Origin: a virus | Strand: one strand, 5' to 3' | Length of the DNA stretch: 64,000 nt | IMG/VR virus record: IMGVR_UViG_3300021378_000020 | Location: 3,460 to 67,459 of that record | Shown: one piece after another, positions 37,157 to 45,794 of the stretch | Layout: each line of letters begins with the position of its first letter | How positions within the stretch are numbered: the first letter of the stretch is position 1 | Position numbers and translations under genes: made by a program | The notes under the pieces: model-generated | What the model was told of the DNA's origin: nothing | Seen by the model: the letters and a program-made list of their open reading frames with translations, nothing else | The model's database searches: none

Positions 37157-37164
37157 TATTTATA
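37157..37164 (-). promoter_or_regulatory. T4-type late promoter
   Basis: TATAAATA. Confidence 0.75.
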
Positions 37165-37193
37165 ACCGTTTAAGGTTTGAGGTATGAACTATT

Positions 37194-37901
37194 TTATTCA
37201 GCAGAAGAAATGTCTGCTAGAACCATCTCACGGAAGTCGTCTGATGCTTCTGACCAGTCGAAAACGTAAGATACTGTGCAACGCCAATCTTCTGTAGAAG
37301 CGGCATGGTACATAACCTTACCCTCTTCACCATAGTGACCGAAGTATGCTGCTTTGCATGTCCACTTACCCGCTTCGTCTTGACAACGGATGACTTCTTT
37401 AGTCTCAGGATGGATGTAGTCGAAGTAACCAGAACCATCTTCTGAGTATGAGAAGATTAGATTGAAGCCAGGAGCGTTAGCATTGTTGTGCCAAGAGATG
37501 AATCCCCCTGGCGGATATACTGCTGCAAGTGCATTATGTTTGACGGATAGGAAGTTCATCATCTTGTCGTTCAAGTCGCGAAGATGGTGAGTCATATCAC
37601 GTTTAAAGATAGGATCTGCGTCCTTCTCAAACATCATGTGTGTTTTATCAGAAAGTTTGAAGTTATAACCAACGAGTTCGTCTGGGAAACCTTCGTGACT
37701 TACACCCTGAGCAACAATTTCGTCCATATGGACTGGGCCGACGTAGTAGTTACGTTGACGTTTATGTTGAGCAGAATTCAAGTGACAATTTTTCTCAAAC
37801 CCTTTCATGGTATGTAACTTGGAGTATTCGTTTAGAACCTCAAGTAGCTCAGGGTTATTAACCTCGACGTGCTTGAGATATTGGTCGTTTACCTGTGTCA
37901 T
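37194..37901 (-). CDS. Fe(II)/2OG-oxygenase-like double-stranded beta-helix protein with H-x-N motif
   Basis: YPPGGFISWHNN...MYHAA...RCTVSY; paralog of 9106-9750. Confidence 0.6.
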   Translation of the reverse strand: MTQVNDQYLKHVEVNNPELLEVLNEYSKLHTMKGFEKNCHLNSAQHKRQRNYYVGPVHMDEIVAQGVSHEGFPDELVGYNFKLSDKTHMMFEKDADPIFKRDMTHHLRDLNDKMMNFLSVKHNALAAVYPPGGFISWHNNANAPGFNLIFSYSEDGSGYFDYIHPETKEVIRCQDEAGKWTCKAAYFGHYGEEGKVMYHAASTEDWRCTVSYVFDWSEASDDFREMVLADISSAE

Positions 37902-38650
37902 ACGATTGGAGTATCCTTATTTAAACCCGCAGAGAAGTGACGTATAATCACTGGCCCTGTTTCAGGTTTTGTGATCGCCCAATTAAGAGCGTTATAATAG
38001 TTCCACCTCAAGTCGTCATCGAAGATACCAACCTTGAGATCCTTATATTTTTCTTCTTTCTCAGTCAGCCACCAAAGGGAGAATTGATCCCACGATTTCA
38101 GGGAATCTGCATAACCTTTTGGCCACCAAGAATCGTTCATCTGTCTGAACGTTAAGTCCCACCAGTCATCCATGAACTCCCGAACAATTGGTTTGGACAT
38201 ATCATATAGACAAACAGCACCACATAATGTAAATTTAGAAACACCTTCCGGAGTATCAAAATCACGTTCCGCGTAAATATAGTCGCGGTCGTCAGTGAGG
38301 GCAGTGAATACCACGTCGTGGTCTTTCATCTCATCCCACACTTTGGTAATGTCTTCATGCTCGACTTCCATGTCAGCATCAATGTACATCGTTATATCGT
38401 ATGGTGATTTTGCCATACCATATAACTTAGCTCGATAATGGTCGTCACATAAGATAATATCATCTGCGACATCACGACCACGGTCGTCTAGGAATCTTTC
38501 TTCTGTCACTAGACAGATTTTACATTCATCTTCTGGTTCGTAGTAGTCTCTAAGAGACTCCGCAAGATTGATTGCATACAAATAAAAGTTATGCTTCTTA
38601 GAAGCGACAATTATAAACCCTTTACTCTTTTCCATCGCTCTCGGCCTCAA
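37898..38650 (-). CDS. GT-A fold nucleotide-diphospho-sugar glycosyltransferase
   Basis: AESLR..AKLYGMAKSPYDITMYIDAD (DxD), WDQ, RWN, IIRHFS; GT8/GT77-like pattern. Confidence 0.75.
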   Translation of the reverse strand: MRPRAMEKSKGFIIVASKKHNFYLYAINLAESLRDYYEPEDECKICLVTEERFLDDRGRDVADDIILCDDHYRAKLYGMAKSPYDITMYIDADMEVEHEDITKVWDEMKDHDVVFTALTDDRDYIYAERDFDTPEGVSKFTLCGAVCLYDMSKPIVREFMDDWWDLTFRQMNDSWWPKGYADSLKSWDQFSLWWLTEKEEKYKDLKVGIFDDDLRWNYYNALNWAITKPETGPVIIRHFSAGLNKDTPIV

Positions 38651-39083
38651 GTTGATCTTGTAGAATCATGATTGACCACATATCTACTTCAATCTTTGAT
38701 TTTGCTCGACGCAGTTTTGCCTTTAACTTTCGGTTTTTAGAGTTTTTGATTTCTTCTACTTCAAATGCTTCAATCTTGTAGTTGAATAACTTTTCAAGTT
38801 TACGTGCTTTCTGGTGTTCATTTTCACGTAGTTTATCTTCTTCAGCTTGTGCCTCCTTACGAACAACTCTATCTGTAGTTTCTTTATCGATAGAATCTTC
38901 GCCTAAGGCATCAATCACTTCATTAAACAATTCGTTCTCACCACCATCCTTATCATGACGGTGTAAAAACATTTGTTGACGTGTAACACGACCAACATCA
39001 TCTTCAAGTTCTAGGATACAGTTCAGTTCTTTCTTTTCTTCTGTTTCCCAGAAGGCATTATCCATCCATTGCTTACGACTCAT
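38622..39083 (-). CDS. hypothetical protein, first gene of the cassette after the hairpin-fibre gene
   Basis: 153 aa, GGAG RBS, charged helical C-terminus; overlaps the GT ORF. Confidence 0.75.
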   Translation of the reverse strand: MSRKQWMDNAFWETEEKKELNCILELEDDVGRVTRQQMFLHRHDKDGGENELFNEVIDALGEDSIDKETTDRVVRKEAQAEEDKLRENEHQKARKLEKLFNYKIEAFEVEEIKNSKNRKLKAKLRRAKSKIEVDMWSIMILQDQLEAESDGKE

Positions 39084-39138
39084 TAAATATCTCCAGAGAG
39101 TTCAATTCAAATTATAATGTATATAGTGTTAAGATAAA

Positions 39139-39160
39139 GCGGGTCAAGTGAATGACCCGC
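39139..39160 (-). terminator. hairpin / terminator after the 1320-aa gene
   Basis: GCGGGUCA-UUCACU-UGACCCGC followed by UUUAUCUU. Confidence 0.7.
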
Positions 39161-39170
39161 GTTATATCTT

Positions 39171-39199
39171 ATTATACCACAGTAAGGGCGATTAGGCAA
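39171..39199 (-). promoter_or_regulatory. possible sigma70 promoter with extended -10
   Basis: TTGCCT-17 nt-TATAAT with TG at -15/-14. Confidence 0.4.
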
Positions 39200-42100
39200 C
39201 CCTTACGTATAAAGTATAAGTTTCTGGTGTATCTACTAGGTCACCACTAATGGTTTCACCAGCATAGTTACCAGCAAATGCCCTAGAGAAGTTTCCGGTG
39301 AAATCGGTATTGTAGTTACCACCAAATGTACGAGAGTAGTTACCTACGAAATCACCAGCGTAAGCAGACACACGGTCACGAGAATAAGTACCAGTGTATG
39401 TAGAGTTGCGTATTCTTGCGTAAGCTGATACACGAGCTCTAGAGTAATTACCTGAGAAGTCTCTTGAATAAGCACCAGCGTACTCACCAACAAATCCACG
39501 TGAGTAGTTACCTACGAAGTCGCCTACGAAGTCACGGGTATATGTTCCAGCGAATTCTCCCGCGAATGTACGCGAGTAGTTGCCTACAAAGTCGCCAGCA
39601 AAGTTAGTTACACGGTCACGTGAATATGTGGATACACGATTGTTTACGTATGAAGACACACGAGTTTGAACATATGCAGAGTAACGAGCACGGGTAGACT
39701 CACGAGTATATACACTAGTAAAGTCACCAGTGTATGTCCCACCAAATCCACGAACATAATTACCAACGTAGTCACCAGCATATCCGCGAGCATAGTTGCC
39801 TACGAAGTTACCAGCAAAGTCCGTAATACGGTCTCTTGTGAAAACACCAGAGTAATCTGTAATGCGGGTACGAGCATAGGCTGAAACACGGTTGCGAACA
39901 GAATCGCGAGTTGAATTGCGAGTAAAGTCACCAACATAGTTAGTGATACGAGTACGAGCATATGCAGAGTACCGGACGCGAGTAGAAACTATGGTTGAAG
40001 TTCTTGTGTAGTTGCCGACAAAGTTGCCTGCAAAGTCTGTTACACGGTCACGAGTAAAGTCACCAACATAGTTAGTGATACGAGTACGAGCATATGCAGA
40101 GTAACGAGTTCTTGTAGAAGTACGAGTTGAAGTTCTTGTGTAGTTGCCGACAAAGTCACCAGCGTATGAACCAACGCGTGTATAGTTACCAGTATTAGTA
40201 AAGGTCTGAACACGATTACGAGTGTACGCCGTCGCATAGTTACCAGTATAAAGAACTTGACGTGTGTAGTAACCAGTATTGGTTGAAGTTCTAGTTGAAG
40301 TTCTTGCGTAGTTACCCTCATAAGAGCCAGTGCGAGTACGTGCGTAGTTACCAACATAGTACAGTGTTGCAGCACGAGCGCGAGAGTAGTCCCCGACATA
40401 TGAGAATGCACGGTTACGAGCATAGTTACCAGTATAGGATGCCGCACGAGTACGTGAGTAGTCACCCACGAAGTTCCCGGCATAGTTTGTTACACGAGTA
40501 CGACCATAGTTACCAGTATATGTTGCGGCACGGGTTCGACCGTAGTTACCAGTATATGTTACATTTCTATTATAGGAGGCTGTTCGAGAATACGTAGTGG
40601 ATCGACCGTAGTTGCCTACGAAGTCACCAGTATAGGAAGTCCCTGCACCTATTCTAGTTCTGGTGTAGTATTGGTAGTTTGCATTACCCGACGCTGCAAC
40701 ACTGTGGTAAGAGAAATATGAAGCAGATGCTTGAGCTGGCCCCTTAGTATATCTTGTGCTACCGTATGGGTTGCCTACATCAACATAGTCGAATGGGGCC
40801 GACGCAGTATTAGAATAGAATTGGGAAAATCGAACAGCACCGGCCCAGCTGATGGTAAGAGTTACACCACCGGTGTAACCATAGTCATACTTCCATGAAG
40901 CGTAGCTACCGTTAGTGCCGGTGTATTGAAAGTCTTGACCATAACCAGCATAATTACCAACAAAGGAAGCAGTACCAGAACTGACACGAGTCGATGTTCT
41001 GCTGTAATTTACTGTACGAGCATAACCCGTACTGCGAGTATAGGCTACAGCTGCGACTCGGTTACGGGAGTAATCGCCAACATAGGATGCAGCTCGGTTA
41101 CGTGAGTAGTCACACACGAAGTTCCCGGCATAGTTTGTTACACGAGTACGACCATAGTTGCCTACATATGAGGCAGCGCGAGCTCGCGTATAGGTACCAC
41201 CGTAAGTACCAGTACGAGTACGACCATAGTTACCAGTATATGTAACGCCTTGTGCGCGAGTACGAGAGTAGTTACCTACGTAACTGAATGCACGAGCACG
41301 TGCGTAGTTACCTACAAAGTCACCAGCATAGTACAAAACACGAGTATATGCCACAGTGCGAGCATAGTTTGCAGAGTAGTTACGAGCATAGTTGCCTGCA
41401 AAGTCACCAACGTAGTACAATGTACGAGTATAGTTTAAGGTGCGAGTGGAAGTTCGGGTTGAGGTTCTTGCATAATCACCGACGAAATCTCCGGCATAGT
41501 TGCCTACATATCCACGTGCGTAGTTACCTACAAAGTCACCAGTAAAAGTAGTTGCATAGTTACCAACAAAGTTACCAGCATAGTTGGTTATACGGGTTCT
41601 TGCATACTCACCAACATAGTTACCAGTATAATCTCCGGCAAATCCGCGTGAGTAGTTACCTACGAAGTCACCAGTAAAGGTAGTTGCATAGTTACCAACA
41701 AAGTCGCCCGCGTAATTACCTGTGTAAGTTCTTGTATAGTTACCAGCGAAGTCACCAGTAAACGCTCGAGAATAGTTTCCGATGAAGTTACCAGCAAAGT
41801 TTGTTACACGGTCACGTGCATATGCAGAGTAACGAGTGCGAGTTGATGTGCGGGCATAGGCTGAGTAACGAGTTCTAGCAGAAGCCCGAGTAGAAACACG
41901 AGCGTAGTTACCTACGAAGTTGCCCGCGAATCCACGTGCGTAGTTACCCACGAAAGATCTTGCATAGTTACCCACGAAAGTTCTTGCATAGTTACCAGCG
42001 AAGTTACCGGCAAATTCTGTAATGTTATTACGCGTATAAGCAGATATACGTTCACGACTATAAACACCAGTGTATGACGCGGTAAATCCGGTTAGTCTAG

Positions 42101-43154
42101 TACGTGAGTAAGTAGAGTTACGAGTACGCGAATATGTTCCGGAAAAAGAAGAAGGTCGAGTTCTTGTGTACTCACCAGCGAAGTTACGAGAGTAATTACC
42201 AGCGAAGTCGCGAGAATAAACTCCAGCATAATTGCCAACAAATGTACGAGAGAAGTCTGTAACACGATTAGTGGTATATGAAGAAACTCGATCACGAGTG
42301 TATGCTGATACTCTAGTACGTGCATACGCAGAAGCGCGAGTACGAGTATAGTCTACGGTAACAATAGAAGGTTGAGTGTTTGAGGCAGAACCACGTGCGG
42401 CCCAAGTACCAACGGAGGTTGGTGCGCCCTGTGCAGACGAACGTAACTGATAAGAACCAATTTCGCCTGCTGTTGCTCTGAGGGATTTTGCACGTTGACC
42501 AAGAGTATATTTGATCTCCGCGTCTGACATTTCTTTCAGACCATTGAATGATGAAGTTCCATCATAGTCGGTCGCTACCGGACGAACAGTTGTAACACCA
42601 GCTGGTGGTGTAGACAGAGCAGTTCTTTTCCATATATGATAAGTTGTTGTTGTACCGTCACCAAGAGTATTAGAAAAAACATTATCAATATGTTTTGTCC
42701 AATCACTGCCCGGAGAGGTGGTAGAAAGTTCGAATGCACCTTGAAGACCTAATGTCTCCATATTTTTTAGTGCACGATTTGTTAAGTTGTCCAAGTCTGC
42801 GTCTACCATTTCGTAGAAGCCTGGATTTGGTTCAACTTCGTAATAACCTACAGGACGGGCGAAATTCGGATCAGTTTCACTTGCAGAACCACCAACCTGT
42901 TTCAAGGTAGTGGTCACTGTAGTGCCTGTGATGTTTGACAACGGGTGAGTACCCGTTGGTTCATTGTAGTACGTATCTACAAAAGAACCAATGTTTACAC
43001 CATCAGTTAAACTGAGGTCTCCGATATCACCAGCAGAGGCCTCTGCTAGTGCTTCACCCACCTTTACAGCGAGATACATCTCTTCTGAAGGTGTAATTTC
43101 CTGTAGGTCACCATTAGCATTCTTAATTTTTAGTGGTATACTAGATGCTGACAC
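39192..43154 (-). CDS. 1320-aa virion fibre-like protein with two complementary tetrapeptide-repeat arms (giant antiparallel beta-hairpin) and a central tip domain
   Basis: aa ~269-738 and ~830-1300 are built of YxRx/RxSx/FxGx/STRT units; non-repetitive aa ~739-829; late promoter upstream. Confidence 0.8.
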   Translation of the reverse strand: MSASSIPLKIKNANGDLQEITPSEEMYLAVKVGEALAEASAGDIGDLSLTDGVNIGSFVDTYYNEPTGTHPLSNITGTTVTTTLKQVGGSASETDPNFARPVGYYEVEPNPGFYEMVDADLDNLTNRALKNMETLGLQGAFELSTTSPGSDWTKHIDNVFSNTLGDGTTTTYHIWKRTALSTPPAGVTTVRPVATDYDGTSSFNGLKEMSDAEIKYTLGQRAKSLRATAGEIGSYQLRSSAQGAPTSVGTWAARGSASNTQPSIVTVDYTRTRASAYARTRVSAYTRDRVSSYTTNRVTDFSRTFVGNYAGVYSRDFAGNYSRNFAGEYTRTRPSSFSGTYSRTRNSTYSRTRLTGFTASYTGVYSRERISAYTRNNITEFAGNFAGNYARTFVGNYARSFVGNYARGFAGNFVGNYARVSTRASARTRYSAYARTSTRTRYSAYARDRVTNFAGNFIGNYSRAFTGDFAGNYTRTYTGNYAGDFVGNYATTFTGDFVGNYSRGFAGDYTGNYVGEYARTRITNYAGNFVGNYATTFTGDFVGNYARGYVGNYAGDFVGDYARTSTRTSTRTLNYTRTLYYVGDFAGNYARNYSANYARTVAYTRVLYYAGDFVGNYARARAFSYVGNYSRTRAQGVTYTGNYGRTRTGTYGGTYTRARAASYVGNYGRTRVTNYAGNFVCDYSRNRAASYVGDYSRNRVAAVAYTRSTGYARTVNYSRTSTRVSSGTASFVGNYAGYGQDFQYTGTNGSYASWKYDYGYTGGVTLTISWAGAVRFSQFYSNTASAPFDYVDVGNPYGSTRYTKGPAQASASYFSYHSVAASGNANYQYYTRTRIGAGTSYTGDFVGNYGRSTTYSRTASYNRNVTYTGNYGRTRAATYTGNYGRTRVTNYAGNFVGDYSRTRAASYTGNYARNRAFSYVGDYSRARAATLYYVGNYARTRTGSYEGNYARTSTRTSTNTGYYTRQVLYTGNYATAYTRNRVQTFTNTGNYTRVGSYAGDFVGNYTRTSTRTSTRTRYSAYARTRITNYVGDFTRDRVTDFAGNFVGNYTRTSTIVSTRVRYSAYARTRITNYVGDFTRNSTRDSVRNRVSAYARTRITDYSGVFTRDRITDFAGNFVGNYARGYAGDYVGNYVRGFGGTYTGDFTSVYTRESTRARYSAYVQTRVSSYVNNRVSTYSRDRVTNFAGDFVGNYSRTFAGEFAGTYTRDFVGDFVGNYSRGFVGEYAGAYSRDFSGNYSRARVSAYARIRNSTYTGTYSRDRVSAYAGDFVGNYSRTFGGNYNTDFTGNFSRAFAGNYAGETISGDLVDTPETYTLYVRVA
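39919..40103. repeat. 53-nt identical repeat with 132-nt period in the C-terminal arm
   Basis: CGAGTAAAGTCACCAACATAGTTAGTGATACGAGTACGAGCATATGCAGAGTA at 39919 and 40051. Confidence 0.9.
40451..41159. repeat. 61-nt direct repeat shared by the two arms (40451-40511 / 41099-41159)
   Basis: Single mismatch (40466 C / 41114 A; Gly vs Cys codon). Confidence 0.9.
41521..41704. repeat. ~52-nt repeat with 132-nt period in the N-terminal arm
   Basis: TAGTTACCTAC[A/G]AAGTCACCAGTAAA[A/G]GTAGTTGCATAGTTACCAACAAAGT at 41521 and 41653. Confidence 0.85.
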
Positions 43155-43204
43155 GATATCGTCTCTCTTTAGCTAAAGTTAAATTTAAGGGTTATAACAG
43201 TATT

Positions 43205-43212
43205 TATTTATA
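43205..43212 (-). promoter_or_regulatory. T4-type late promoter upstream of the 1320-aa gene
   Basis: TATAAATA. Confidence 0.8.
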
Positions 43213-43280
43213 ATAAAAAAAATGTGCATAAACTGAGTTCACACACATTTTTCAAAATTAATTTACAGATTATAAAATAT

Positions 43281-43760
43281 TTAATAGTCTAGTATAGGCC
43301 AGATAACATCTTCTAGAGAAGAAACTTGTGTCATGTCTATGGTTTCCGTGATATCACGCAATTCCTGTCGATAAGATATCACCGACTGTCGTTCTTCTTC
43401 TGTTAGAGGAGCATCTGTGACAAGCATCCAGTCAGTCTCTACCAGTTTCTGGGTGCGAACGAATCTTATCTCGCCTAGAATGTGTTCTACGTCCCACTCC
43501 CAGTCACCGTCTACCCATGTGGCATAAACATTTGGTTTTGGTGGAACTTCAATGAACTGTTGGTCTTCTTCGCTCCAGACGCGAGTATTCATGAACTCCA
43601 TCTCGGAGAGACCCTCTAGATCCCAAATTCTATGAACCAGTCTATCACCTTCTATTGAGTGACCATCTTCTGGATAAAGACCGTTGTCCATATCGGTTCT
43701 TACGATTACGCCTGCTTCTGTGTGTATGGCGACTTTAGGATGCATCTTATATTTCTCCAA
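43281..43760 (-). CDS. tail fibre assembly chaperone-like protein
   Basis: IRFVRTQKLVETDW..DAPL..YRQELRDIT..VIWP motif. Confidence 0.8.
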   Translation of the reverse strand: MEKYKMHPKVAIHTEAGVIVRTDMDNGLYPEDGHSIEGDRLVHRIWDLEGLSEMEFMNTRVWSEEDQQFIEVPPKPNVYATWVDGDWEWDVEHILGEIRFVRTQKLVETDWMLVTDAPLTEEERQSVISYRQELRDITETIDMTQVSSLEDVIWPILDY

Positions 43761-43786
43761 TTAATAAATTTTGTAATATTTCACTA

Positions 43787-44605
43787 TTATTGTGGGTCAT
43801 ACGTACCCAAGGTTTTTCTTCCCGCAAATGTTGGTACCAACGCCTGAGGATATTCCCAATTCGGGGAACTGTAAGGATTGTTTATTTCAGAAAATTGAAA
43901 GACCCCACCATCGGAACCTCCCCTAGCGTATATGAGTGAGGAAGTCCCACCAGAATAAATCGAGCCATAAATGGTCTCATTATTTACGTTGACAGTCGTC
44001 CACAAATAACCATATGAACGAGTACCTCCAGTCCAAGAACTTTCTTCCAACGCAAACGCGGAGTAGTAATCGTCTCCAGTGGAACCAGACCTACCAGCAC
44101 CATTCCAACCTAACGCCAGTAGAGAACCATGCCCGTACAATCCAGCATAGGCCTGAGTAGGATCTAGTTGAACTTCACCTTCGGTTGACGTGAACATTCT
44201 ACTATCAAAGGTTATCTCTCCACCCAGATAAGCTCTACACTGCAAACCGTGAGTACCGTAACTGGTGGTAGTTGCAGAATCTCGTAACACTACGTAGTTA
44301 ACTCCAGTGATAGAAGACTGATTCGTGTTAATGCTTGAACCACCCACAACCCTTTTCCGAAACTCCCACGTTATATTATCCCCAGAACGAGTTTTAACCG
44401 CAGTTACCAAAACATTTGCAGAACCGCTGGAAGGTCTGGTCAGATTAATCATGAGCAAGTCGCTCACTTTAGTTGTTATAGTTGAACCAAACGCAAGCGT
44501 TCCTTTTTGATGTTGAAAGGTTCCTCGACCAACATCTCTGCTATCAAAAATAACTTTTTCTGTACCGTATTTTGTTCCGGTAATCTGTAGTCCGTAATCT
44601 GACAT
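43787..44605 (-). CDS. tail-tip / receptor-binding protein
   Basis: Two YGL..(V/I)xFDS modules (MSDYGLQI..VIFDSR; THGLQC..ITFDSR) followed by a Gly/Tyr/Ser-rich domain. Confidence 0.6.
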   Translation of the reverse strand: MSDYGLQITGTKYGTEKVIFDSRDVGRGTFQHQKGTLAFGSTITTKVSDLLMINLTRPSSGSANVLVTAVKTRSGDNITWEFRKRVVGGSSINTNQSSITGVNYVVLRDSATTTSYGTHGLQCRAYLGGEITFDSRMFTSTEGEVQLDPTQAYAGLYGHGSLLALGWNGAGRSGSTGDDYYSAFALEESSWTGGTRSYGYLWTTVNVNNETIYGSIYSGGTSSLIYARGGSDGGVFQFSEINNPYSSPNWEYPQALVPTFAGRKTLGTYDPQ

Positions 44606-44606
44606 A

Positions 44607-44894
44607 TTAATTTAACCTAATTGCGACATAACCAAAGAAATTGGTGGTGCCGGAAACATTCTTTATAGTGAATGCGGTTGAACTGGTTTTTGTATATTCA
44701 AATGCTCTTTCGACGTTTACCGTGGGGCCGTTAACATAAGCATAATCAAAACCAGTAGGAATCGTGATTGTTTCTGTAGCACCATTTCCAATATACACAG
44801 TTCCAGACGTACATACCTTGACGTATGTATCCATATCTTCTGAATCGAATGCAACATATCCAGATGCTGTCCAAACTTTTAAACCGTAAGCCAT
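44607..44894 (-). CDS. small tail-tip accessory protein
   Basis: MAYGLKVWTASGYVAFDS N-terminus, typical of genes downstream of siphophage J-like tips. Confidence 0.6.
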   Translation of the reverse strand: MAYGLKVWTASGYVAFDSEDMDTYVKVCTSGTVYIGNGATETITIPTGFDYAYVNGPTVNVERAFEYTKTSSTAFTIKNVSGTTNFFGYVAIRLN

Positions 44895-45791
44895 TTATAA
44901 CTCCGCTAAAGGAACTCTCGTATCATGCAGTCTATTCTGCATTCCTAAATTTTCTATTTCGTTAAGAAGAGTTTTCATCCAAGAGATGAACCCCTTCCCT
45001 TTCCCGCGACCGCTTTCTTTTATAGCGATACCTGATATACGCACATCGTAAATGTAGGTCGGGTATGTCTCATCATTGGCAACCATATTTAGTTCGCCTC
45101 TATCATGAGCGTCTTTTAATTCCAAGAATTGAAGAGTGTCCTCTCCAACTATTAAATTTTTAAATCTGTAAGGCAATACCTTACGAGACATGAACACTAA
45201 TCGGGTACTTATTTCATCAATACCCATTGAGGTTTGAAGTATAGATATGTAACTTTTAAAAACTTCAACATCCTCTTGCGATGCGTTCTTCATATTGTCT
45301 GCTATCAAATCCCCCTTAGATAACAAATCCCAGTCAACTACAGCAGCACCTTGAGTATATTTACATGGCAATCCAGAAATATCATCATTAGGCCTAGTCG
45401 GGTCTTGACTTCTATCAACAGCACTATCTTCCAGAGAAGTAATACTTATTTGGTTGAACAACACGACCGCATCTGGAGCATCATTCTTCTCCATAAGTTT
45501 TTGGTAACACTTAACCCCTCTTGGGGTCAGAAAGTCATCACCATCAATCAACACCGCATGTGGTACACCGTCTTTATCAAACTGGTCTAGAAAACTATTC
45601 TTACCAGTAGCAGCGGTACCATCACTTTCTGTTATAAAGTGTCGAAGTCCTTCTTCTTTGCAATACGATTCTGCTTGTTCTCGAAACGTATTGTCTAATG
45701 TGTTTATTATTACTGTTGTCTTATTTTTTGGTAGTGTCTTGAACTGTCGCTTTAGTGCATAAATGTTGTGGCTAGACAAAACATAAAACAT
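44895..45791 (-). CDS. GT-A fold glycosyltransferase (GT2-like)
   Basis: VIINT..ESDGTAATGKNS..VLIDGDDFL (DxD)..VGEDTL. Confidence 0.7.
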   Translation of the reverse strand: MFYVLSSHNIYALKRQFKTLPKNKTTVIINTLDNTFREQAESYCKEEGLRHFITESDGTAATGKNSFLDQFDKDGVPHAVLIDGDDFLTPRGVKCYQKLMEKNDAPDAVVLFNQISITSLEDSAVDRSQDPTRPNDDISGLPCKYTQGAAVVDWDLLSKGDLIADNMKNASQEDVEVFKSYISILQTSMGIDEISTRLVFMSRKVLPYRFKNLIVGEDTLQFLELKDAHDRGELNMVANDETYPTYIYDVRISGIAIKESGRGKGKGFISWMKTLLNEIENLGMQNRLHDTRVPLAEL

Positions 45792-45794
45792 ATA

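Noticed and set aside
40451-41159. Diversity-generating retroelement TR/VR pair
   Set aside because: Only one mismatch, both copies are coding within one gene, and no reverse transcriptase is in the window. The same applies to the repeats in 22733-29635.
39192-43154. CRISPR-like array or DNA inverted repeat as the cause of the periodicity in the 1320-aa gene
   Set aside because: The repeats are in frame with synonymous variation and no repeat-spacer pattern. The arm symmetry is at the amino-acid level, and the shared DNA is in direct, not inverted, orientation.
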